From NCBI GenBank assembly GCA_044378145.1, contig JBIPNX010000001.1, positions 1-26,747 of the forward strand: 26,747 nt of DNA, read 5' to 3'. A program made the translations under genes and the position numbers. The notes beneath the pieces are model-generated. The model ran no database searches. It was not told the DNA's origin and saw nothing but the letters and a program-made list of their open reading frames with translations. The DNA is from Flavobacteriales bacterium (GTDB lineage Bacteria > Bacteroidota > Bacteroidia > CAMBQF01). This document shows, piece by piece, positions 16,925 to 23,937 of the stretch; within the stretch, counting starts at the first letter, position 1; the number at the start of each line of letters is the position of its first letter.

Positions 16925-18544
16925 ATGAAAACAATTGTTACCGGCCCACCTGTAGCCGAAAAGTCATTTTTTACGGCTTCTCTTCTCCGCATTTTAGCGA
17001 TTCTTCTTATAGTAGCTTTAAGCATCTTATCATCTTGCACCAATACAGCAGACAAGGCAGATAAGGGTACGACGAAAACCAAACCAGCTACTACAGATTA
17101 TGCCTATCAATATAATGAGCCTGAAAGCACAACTCCAACAGATTTAGAAGAAGCTATCCCAATTAAAGATTTTGCTGTTTTAACCCCATTAGCAAAGCCA
17201 GGTACCAAAGTGTTTAAGGTTGATACTAAAAAGGACACCGTTGTAGTTGGTAACAAAGGTGTAATGCTGCATATACCGGCCAATAGCTTTGATTTGCCTA
17301 ACCCTAATGCCGAGGTTAAAATTGAGATGAAGGAGTATACCTCTAAGGCTGACTTTTTCTTTTCGGGCCTTACTACTGCCAGCAACGGACAACTACTGGA
17401 GAGTGGCGGTACAGTGCATATTAGTGCCACTGCCGATGGTAAAGAAGTAAAATTAAAAGAGGGTAGTAAAATTGAACTGGCTTTCCCTAGCGCCAAACCT
17501 AAACCTGATATGCAAACTTTTTATGGCGAAAAAACCGCCGATGGTACTGTAAACTGGCTGCCTACCGGTAATAGTACAGTAGTTCCGTTTAAGTATACTA
17601 CTCCGTATGTAAAGAAAGTGGTTATTAAAAAAGGAGAACGACAAACCCCGTCTACCCTAAGTACTAAAACCTACCAGATACAAGTATTGGGTGCCCATGG
17701 TACCTGTACCCGTTTTGAGGATACTACAGAGTATAAAAACATACTGGAATATTTAGACAAGAACTTTACTATATCTGCAGCCGATGCTAAGCTATTGAAA
17801 GGTTCGTATTTGTCTTATGAAGTACGTATATGGTATGGAGGTAAGATTAGGGATATTAAACCTGTAATGGTAATGCTACCCAAAGCAGGAGCCGATAAAG
17901 AAAGAGCTCAGAAAGCGGCTGCAAAAAGAGTAAGAAACATTTTTGTAACACTGCTAAACAATGCTAAGGGATTACAGTCTTCAAGGTCATTAGGTAGGGG
18001 TTGCTATAGCGGTGGCAGGTCGTATGAATTAGCCAAAGAAATAATAAGGATTTACATTAACGATATTGAGTTATGCGATGGCGACGATGCGATTAAAATA
18101 GGCACTCTTGAACCCTATGAATATAAATCTTTGGAAACTGTATACGACAGTAAAATAGCAGACTCTTTACGCAACAGCGATGCTCGCTATTCATTCTTAA
18201 AATCAGAAAAACTGGGCTGGATAAACTGCGACAGGTTTTACGGCGACCAGATAGCAAAAACCAATGTACACATTGGCGTTAAGCCACAAATGGGCACAGA
18301 AGTAACGGTTATTTTTAAAGACATTATGAGTGTAATACATGCCAGTCCATTAAGTAATAAAGAAGGGTATGGCATTAGCAACATTCCTGCCGGAGCTAAC
18401 GTAAAATATGTAGCAATACAAAATAGAGAAGATGGCCTGTATTTTGCAGTAATGGATAGTAATACCAGTCAGGCCAACGTTACCGGCTTTGAATTTAAAC
18501 CCATGACGGTAGAAGCAGTGAAAAAAGAGCTGGCCACTTTATAG
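16925..18544 (+). CDS. Uncharacterised lipoprotein, 539 aa
   Basis: Hydrophobic stretch ending ILSS-C (lipobox). Segments GVMLHIPANSF, LTTASNGQLLESGG and LGWINCDRFY are of a type I recognise from Bacteroidota hypothetical surface proteins. Confidence 0.75.
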   Translation: MKTIVTGPPVAEKSFFTASLLRILAILLIVALSILSSCTNTADKADKGTTKTKPATTDYAYQYNEPESTTPTDLEEAIPIKDFAVLTPLAKPGTKVFKVDTKKDTVVVGNKGVMLHIPANSFDLPNPNAEVKIEMKEYTSKADFFFSGLTTASNGQLLESGGTVHISATADGKEVKLKEGSKIELAFPSAKPKPDMQTFYGEKTADGTVNWLPTGNSTVVPFKYTTPYVKKVVIKKGERQTPSTLSTKTYQIQVLGAHGTCTRFEDTTEYKNILEYLDKNFTISAADAKLLKGSYLSYEVRIWYGGKIRDIKPVMVMLPKAGADKERAQKAAAKRVRNIFVTLLNNAKGLQSSRSLGRGCYSGGRSYELAKEIIRIYINDIELCDGDDAIKIGTLEPYEYKSLETVYDSKIADSLRNSDARYSFLKSEKLGWINCDRFYGDQIAKTNVHIGVKPQMGTEVTVIFKDIMSVIHASPLSNKEGYGISNIPAGANVKYVAIQNREDGLYFAVMDSNTSQANVTGFEFKPMTVEAVKKELATL

Positions 18545-18599
18545 GCTTGTGGAATTTTAAGAGAACAAACATCATATATATAATTCAACCAACATTGTT

Positions 18600-18695
18600 A
18601 TGAAAGCGATTGTAGTAATGATAAAACAAGAAAGGCTGTGGGGGCCCATTATATGGTTTACCCTGCTACTGGGTATTCTAATTATAGGCTCGTAA
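18600..18695 (+). CDS. Candidate 31-aa small membrane protein (not in the ORF track)
   Basis: ATG...TAA translates to MKAIVVMIKQERLWGPIIWFTLLLGILIIGS, with one clean C-terminal TM helix. It ends 7 nt before the next small ORF. Confidence 0.4.
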   Translation: MKAIVVMIKQERLWGPIIWFTLLLGILIIGS

Positions 18696-18702
18696 CCTAA
18701 CC

Positions 18703-18924
18703 ATGAAGTTGCTTACAATAAAACTAAAACTGTTGACGTTGCTTATACACGTAAAAGCATTGAGGTTATCTATGCCTTTACTTAAAGGTAAGTCAAAGCG
18801 CAGGGTTAGGCTAAAACTGGTTGCATTGCAACTACAGCTTGCTAAAGCAGCTATGCCTTATTATGCAATTAAAATGCAAAGGCAGTTAACGGGTTTGTTT
18901 AAGCAATCTATCCAACTGTATTAA
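18703..18924 (+). CDS. Candidate 73-aa Leu/Lys-rich cationic small protein
   Basis: ATG with A at -3. 11 Lys, 5 Arg and no Asp/Glu. Ends 48 nt before a perfect terminator. Confidence 0.35.
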   Translation: MKLLTIKLKLLTLLIHVKALRLSMPLLKGKSKRRVRLKLVALQLQLAKAAMPYYAIKMQRQLTGLFKQSIQLY

Positions 18925-18972
18925 GAATCTGTTTGGCCTGTAAGAGGGGCTTTTCAGTTGTTGTGTGTGTAT

Positions 18973-19003
18973 AAAAAGGGCGGAAGAAATTCCGCCCTTT
19001 TTT
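18973..19003 (+). terminator. Strong intrinsic terminator, possibly bidirectional
   Basis: Perfect 13-bp stem AAAAAGGGCGGAA-GAAA-TTCCGCCCTTTTT followed by T. Confidence 0.9.
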
Positions 19004-19070
19004 GTATCTCTTCTTCATTGGTTAATGCAATCTTTTTTAATCTTTTTTCCAATCATATTAATCTGCGGTC

Positions 19071-19078
19071 TATATTTG
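19071..19078 (+). promoter_or_regulatory. -7 promoter box (TATATTTG) for the cobalamin riboswitch-btuBG transcript
   Basis: Exact TAnnTTTG ending 4 nt before the riboswitch P1 5' strand. Confidence 0.8.
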
Positions 19079-19082
19079 CCGC

Positions 19083-19253
19083 TGCTAAGGTTTCTAATCG
19101 CGTTGATTGGAATTAAAAGGGAACGGTGTGAAAATCGCCGACACTACCCGGTGCTGTAAGTCCTTTATATGTTTTTTGCACAATGCCACTGTTGGTTTAT
19201 CCATCACGGGAAGGCGCAAAAGATAGGATGAGTCAGAAGACCTGCCACTAGCA
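19083..19253 (+). ncRNA. Cobalamin (B12-element) riboswitch
   Basis: AAGGT...AAAAGGGAACGGTGTGAAAATC...CCCGGTGCTGTAA...GCCACTG...GGGAAGGC...AGTCAGAAGACCTGCC (B12 box). P1 TGCTA/TAGCA. Sits upstream of a TonB-dependent receptor. Confidence 0.93.
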
Positions 19254-19295
19254 TAAATCAATACCGGCTTTCGGGAAGAAAGGCTGTTTGATACC

Positions 19296-21236
19296 ATGAC
19301 GGTTAAAACAAATATATCTGTATTGCTATGCATTTTATGTGCAGTGCTTTTGCGCGCCCAAACACCGGCAGATACTGTACCTGTGCTATCGAAAACACAA
19401 AACCTTAACTCGGTAGATGTGCGAACCTATAAGCATGCTGCACCATCGGCCCGGTTTACTAATTTAAGCGGGGCGGTTATCCGCAACAAGGGCAATACAC
19501 TTACTGAACTATTACAGGAAAACACCGGCATTTACCTAAAGAACTATGGGCCGGGCATGCTATCAACTATAGCATTCAGAGGTACCGGTGCAGAGCACAC
19601 AGCATTGGTATGGAATGGTATCACCATAAACTACCCTGTACTTGGCCTGGCTGATTTTTCTACCATACCTGCTAACGGGTTTGGAATGGTAACCTTACAA
19701 CACGGCTCGTCAAGTACAAATTTTGGCTCGTCGGCCATAGGCGGCGCGGTTTTACTGGGTAACAACCTTAGTTATACTAGCGGCAGCAGCTTTGTTGGTA
19801 ACGATACTCTCCGTGCATCAGCCACATTTGAAACAGGCAGTTACGGGCGTTACTTTGGTTCGGTATTTAATACTGTTGGCAATGCTAAGTTCAACAGTCG
19901 TACCACTGCGCAATGGCTAACATCAAACAACAACTTCAACTTTGTAAACACCTTTAAGTTTGGCAAGCCGACAGAGCGTCAGGTAAATAGTGCCCTTGCG
20001 CAACGGGCCTTTATGCAGGATTTTGACTTTATTGTCGGGGCTTCCATTATAGGAATAAAAGTATGGTACAACTATACCGACCGCGAAATTCCACCAACGT
20101 TAACCAGTAACGATACCAAGGCAAAACAGATAGACGAGAGCATTCGCCTGCTTGCAGACTGGAAATTTAAACACATTGTAGTTCGCGGTGCGTATGTACA
20201 CGATTATATTGAGTATGCCGATAATTACCTGGTGTCAAATTCTAAAATGTCTACCACCACCTTGCAAGCAGAAAATACCTTCTGGTTCCGTAATTATATG
20301 TATTTGAAAGTAGGGGCAGAGGGCCAGTTTTTTACTGCTGATATTGTAGACTATAACGGATTTAAAACAGAGTGGAGGGCATCGGCACTTGCCATATTCC
20401 GCTACGAGCCTATGAAGCGCTATAGCTTAATGGCAGGCTACCGCCACATAATTGTTCAGGGCTTTAAAACAGCGGCTGCACCATCGTTTGGGGCTACCTA
20501 TAAACTGATAAAAGATAACCTGCTGGCTAAGCTAAGTGTATCGCGCAGCTTTAGGGTGCCAACACTTAACGAGCGCTATTGGGTACCCGGCGGCAACCCC
20601 GACCTTAAAGCTGAAGGCGGTTGGAACTACGAAGCAGGCCTGGCTTATACCGGCAAAAAGAAAGACTGGACCTTTACCGGCGAAGCCACAGGCTTTGCCA
20701 TGCAAATAAACAACTGGCTGCAATGGCAACCCACCAACTTTGGGTATTGGACGGCGAGCAACCTAAAGCAGGTATTAAGTCGAGGGGCTGAGGTAACTTG
20801 CGGTATTGGCTACAACCATAATACATTTAATCTAAGGGTTGATGGTGCGTATGCATTGGCCATTGCTACCAATCAAAAAAACTATACCAACCTGCCCGAA
20901 ATTATTGGCAAAGATTTGATTTATACCCCGCGTAATGTAGCGTCTGGTGGAGTAACGGTAGGTTATAAAGGCTTTAGTCTGTTTGTCAATGTGCAGTACA
21001 CAGGGGTACGCTATACCACTACTGATAATATCCAGTCGGTTGATGGGTACTGGCTGCTAAATACAAGGCTTTCTAAATCAATCAACCTGAAAACCATAAC
21101 GCTTGACGTTTGGATGCAGGCCTATAACATTACCAACAATGGTTATTTCAATTTACCCTACCGCCCCATGCCGTTGCGCAACTACAGAGCAGGCATAACC
21201 ATCAGCTTTAACAAAACACTAAAATTAATAAATTAA
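19296..21236 (+). CDS. btuB: TonB-dependent cobalamin receptor (BtuB-like)
   Basis: Signal peptide; plug motif GIYLKNYGPGMLSTIAFRGTGAEHTALVWNGI; barrel motifs FRVPTLNERYWVPGGNPDLKAEGG and NITNNGYFNLPYRPMPLRNY; B12 riboswitch upstream. Confidence 0.85.
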   Translation: MTVKTNISVLLCILCAVLLRAQTPADTVPVLSKTQNLNSVDVRTYKHAAPSARFTNLSGAVIRNKGNTLTELLQENTGIYLKNYGPGMLSTIAFRGTGAEHTALVWNGITINYPVLGLADFSTIPANGFGMVTLQHGSSSTNFGSSAIGGAVLLGNNLSYTSGSSFVGNDTLRASATFETGSYGRYFGSVFNTVGNAKFNSRTTAQWLTSNNNFNFVNTFKFGKPTERQVNSALAQRAFMQDFDFIVGASIIGIKVWYNYTDREIPPTLTSNDTKAKQIDESIRLLADWKFKHIVVRGAYVHDYIEYADNYLVSNSKMSTTTLQAENTFWFRNYMYLKVGAEGQFFTADIVDYNGFKTEWRASALAIFRYEPMKRYSLMAGYRHIIVQGFKTAAAPSFGATYKLIKDNLLAKLSVSRSFRVPTLNERYWVPGGNPDLKAEGGWNYEAGLAYTGKKKDWTFTGEATGFAMQINNWLQWQPTNFGYWTASNLKQVLSRGAEVTCGIGYNHNTFNLRVDGAYALAIATNQKNYTNLPEIIGKDLIYTPRNVASGGVTVGYKGFSLFVNVQYTGVRYTTTDNIQSVDGYWLLNTRLSKSINLKTITLDVWMQAYNITNNGYFNLPYRPMPLRNYRAGITISFNKTLKLIN

Positions 21237-21237
21237 A

Positions 21238-22308
21238 ATGAAAAATAAAACACTTGTACGCTTTTTAACTTTTGGCGTGTTGGCACTTGCCGCAACTACG
21301 CTACAATCATGTAAAGACGATGAGCCTGATAATACCCCAACCGCTAAGAACTATGCTAATGGTGTATTTATTACTAACGAAGGCCCTTTTCAATCGGGTA
21401 GCGGTAGCGTAGCTTTTTGGAGCCGCGACAACCAAACCCGCGAAACCGATATTTACAATACCGTAAACGGCGTGCAGTTGGGCAATATTGTTCAATCGAT
21501 ATCGGTAAGCTTTGGTAAAGCGTATGTGGTAGTAAACAATGCCAATAAAGTAGCTGTTGTTGATGCTAAAACATTTGAAAACAAAGGCAGTATTGATGGA
21601 CTTGCTTTGCCACGCTTTTTTGTAGGTGTTACAGAGACTAAAGGCTACATAAGCGAGTGGGTTAGCTTTGGCGGCCAGGGCCGTGTATCGGTGGTAGATT
21701 TAACTACCAATACCGTTACCGGTACCATTACCGTTGGTGTATTACCTGAAAAGATGGTATACTTAGGTGGTAAGCTGTTTGTTGCCAATTCTAACGATTC
21801 TACCATATCGGTTATCAATACCCAAACCGACCAACTGGAAAGCACCATTACTGTGGGCGACTGGCCAAGCGGAATTGAAGCCGACCAAAACGGAAACCTA
21901 TGGGTGCTTTGCGGTGGCGTTCCATCGTGGACAGGCTCTGCAGCTACCTCTCCTGAACTGATTAAATTCAACCCTGCATCGCCAACATTCCAAACTACGT
22001 TTGATTTTGGTACGCCTGATAACAACCCATCGCGCTTAACCATTAACGGTACCCGCGATAAACTGTACTACCTATACAGCGGTGGTGTGTACGAGTTTTC
22101 TATCAATGCAGGAAACCTAAGCGCAAGCCCTGTAATCAACCGTTACTTCTATGGTGTGGGTGTAGACCCTGTTGATGGCAGCATTTACGGTGCCGATGCC
22201 GGAAATTTTACCTCGGTAGGCAAGGTTGTTAAATACAACAGCTCATTTAGCGCGGTAGATTCATTCAGCACCGATATTGCCCCAAGCGATTTTTGGTTTG
22301 TTAACTAG
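21238..22308 (+). CDS. btuG: BtuG-like surface beta-propeller lipoprotein (YncE/DUF5074 type), cobalamin-binding
   Basis: Lipobox LQS-C followed by KDDE (acidic surface-export signal), GVFITNEGPF, LGNIVQSI, AYVVVNNANKV and YGADAGNF. Starts 1 nt after btuB. Confidence 0.8.
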   Translation: MKNKTLVRFLTFGVLALAATTLQSCKDDEPDNTPTAKNYANGVFITNEGPFQSGSGSVAFWSRDNQTRETDIYNTVNGVQLGNIVQSISVSFGKAYVVVNNANKVAVVDAKTFENKGSIDGLALPRFFVGVTETKGYISEWVSFGGQGRVSVVDLTTNTVTGTITVGVLPEKMVYLGGKLFVANSNDSTISVINTQTDQLESTITVGDWPSGIEADQNGNLWVLCGGVPSWTGSAATSPELIKFNPASPTFQTTFDFGTPDNNPSRLTINGTRDKLYYLYSGGVYEFSINAGNLSASPVINRYFYGVGVDPVDGSIYGADAGNFTSVGKVVKYNSSFSAVDSFSTDIAPSDFWFVN

Positions 22309-22326
22309 GTGCTAGGGACTATGTTC
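22306..22326 (+). repeat. Short 7-bp-period array starting at the btuG stop codon
   Basis: TAG-GTGC-TAG-GGAC-TAT-GTTC. TAGGTGCTAG is identical to part of the metH array. Confidence 0.5.
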
Positions 22327-22343
22327 CCTGTTGACAGATAAAG

Positions 22344-22377
22344 AAAAGCCCCTGACTGCAACGTCAGGGGCTTTTTT
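22344..22377. terminator. Bidirectional intrinsic terminator between convergent btuG and ahpC
   Basis: Perfect 13-bp stem AAAAGCCCCTGAC-TGCAAC-GTCAGGGGCTTTT plus TT. Confidence 0.9.
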
Positions 22378-22384
22378 ATTTTAT

Positions 22385-22423
22385 TCCCCCTATCTCTTTA
22401 GGAGAGGGGGTTAGGGGGTGAGG
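22385..22423 (-). repeat. REP-like element of the CCTCACCCCnAACCCCTCTCC-N4-GGAGAGGGG type
   Basis: Minus strand CCTCACCCCCTAACCCCCTCTCCTAAAGAGATAGGGGGAA, starting 5 nt after the ahpC stop; slightly degenerate in the right arm. Confidence 0.6.
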
Positions 22424-22428
22424 TAAGA

Positions 22429-23061
22429 TTAATGAGCAGCTAAGTATTCAGCTACGCCACCGTGGGTAGCGTTCATAGCGTCTTCGCCTTTAGACCAGTT
22501 TGCAGGGCAAACCTCACCTTTTTCTTCTAAGTGTTGCAAAGCATCTACCACGCGGATAGCCTCGGCTACGTTACGGCCTAATGGTAGGTCGTTTACCAGT
22601 TGGTGGCGAACAACACCTTCTTTGTCAATTAAGAATAAACCACGGTAAGCAACCATTTCGGCTGAAGCTAGTAGTTGGTCGTTCTCGTCAAGTTCGTAAG
22701 AGCCGTTTAGCACGTCAAAGTTGTGCGATATGGTTTTGTTGGTATCGGCAATAATTGGGTAAGTAACACCTTGTATGCCTCCTTTATCTTTTGGCATTTG
22801 TAACCAGCCCCAATGCGCATGCTCATTGTCGGTAGAGCAACCTACAACGGCTACGTTACGTGCTTCAAACTCAGGCAAAGCAGCCTGGAAAGCGTGCAAT
22901 TCTGTTGGGCATACAAAAGTGAAATCTTTCGGGTAGAAGAACAAGATAACGTGTTTCTTGCCTATAAATTGGTCTAACGAGTAGTTATCTACAATCTCTT
23001 CGCCGTTAATTACGGCTTTAGCTTTAAATGATGGGGCTTTTTTGCCTACTAATACTGCCAT
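22429..23061 (-). CDS. ahpC: 2-Cys peroxiredoxin (AhpC/TSA family)
   Basis: FFYPKDFTFVCPTE (peroxidatic Cys), AYRGLFLID, GRN, GEVCPANW (resolving Cys). Confidence 0.93.
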   Translation of the reverse strand: MAVLVGKKAPSFKAKAVINGEEIVDNYSLDQFIGKKHVILFFYPKDFTFVCPTELHAFQAALPEFEARNVAVVGCSTDNEHAHWGWLQMPKDKGGIQGVTYPIIADTNKTISHNFDVLNGSYELDENDQLLASAEMVAYRGLFLIDKEGVVRHQLVNDLPLGRNVAEAIRVVDALQHLEEKGEVCPANWSKGEDAMNATHGGVAEYLAAH

Positions 23062-23110
23062 TTTATGTGTTTTTAAATGTTTACTTATTGATTTGGTTAA
23101 AATTGTGGTG

Positions 23111-23118
23111 CAAAATTA
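23111..23118 (-). promoter_or_regulatory. -7 promoter box (TAATTTTG) for ahpC
   Basis: Exact TAnnTTTG on the minus strand, 49 nt upstream of the ATG. Confidence 0.65.
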
Positions 23119-23207
23119 CTCAACTTTGCGGAGGGAATAAAGACAAATTCAGTTAATATTTGTTTATCTCTATATATTCTATCTAACAATACATTGATTT
23201 TATCTAT

Positions 23208-23873
23208 ATGGCAGAAAGAACAGCATTATTATTAGGGGCTACAGGGCTAACCGGGGGCTTTTTACTTAGCGAGCTTATAAAGAGCAAGGCCTATACTAAA
23301 ATTATTGTGCCTGCCCGCAGACCTATTGGCGTTAGCAACCCTATGGTTGACCAGGTTAATACCGACTTTAAAAACCTGGATGCGATAAAAGACCGCCTAA
23401 AGGCTGATGATGTGTATTGCTGCTTAGGCACTACCATTGCCGTTGCCAAAACCAAAGAGGCTTTTCGCTTTGTTGATTATGAGCTGCCGCTGGCATTTGC
23501 CAAAATAGCGTTGGAGCATATCGCGCACTCATTCAACCTAATGTCGTCTATTGGGGCAAAGCCTGATACAAGTAACTTTTACCTGAAAACCAAAGGAGAA
23601 GTAGAGCGTGATATTACCGCCCTGCCATTTGAAAGGGTGAGTATTTTCCGCCCCAGTATGCTGCTTGGCCCACGTAAAGAAAACCGCCAGGGCGAGAGTA
23701 TTGGCAAAGTAGTAATGCAGGGCTTAGGTTTTATATGGCGTGGCCCCTTGAAAAACTACAAACCCATACAAAGCGAAACCGTAGCCAAAGCAATGGCTAA
23801 CGTGGGCAAAGTAAACACCGGCAGGGGAGTGAGGATATTAGAAAGTGCAGAGATTGAGGAGGTGGGGAAGTAA
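23208..23873 (+). CDS. Atypical SDR / NAD(P)-binding Rossmann-fold protein (YraR/TIP30-like)
   Basis: ALLLGATGLTG, VYCCLGTTI, FRFVDYE, SSIGA, FYLKTKGEVE, IFRPSMLLGPRKENR. Confidence 0.85.
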   Translation: MAERTALLLGATGLTGGFLLSELIKSKAYTKIIVPARRPIGVSNPMVDQVNTDFKNLDAIKDRLKADDVYCCLGTTIAVAKTKEAFRFVDYELPLAFAKIALEHIAHSFNLMSSIGAKPDTSNFYLKTKGEVERDITALPFERVSIFRPSMLLGPRKENRQGESIGKVVMQGLGFIWRGPLKNYKPIQSETVAKAMANVGKVNTGRGVRILESAEIEEVGK

Positions 23874-23937
23874 ATAGGCGTCTTAGTTATACTAATTAAA
23901 ATAACTTAACGTTATTGTATTGGATAACAGGATATAT

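Noticed and set aside
18542-18560. Heptamer array after the lipoprotein TAG stop
   Set aside because: The sequence is TAG-GCTT-GTG with no 7-bp periodicity; this is the one TAG-ending gene without an array.
18965-19333. ORFs 18965-19159 (+) and 19094-19333 (-)
   Set aside because: They run through a terminator, a promoter and the cobalamin riboswitch, which explain the sequence better.
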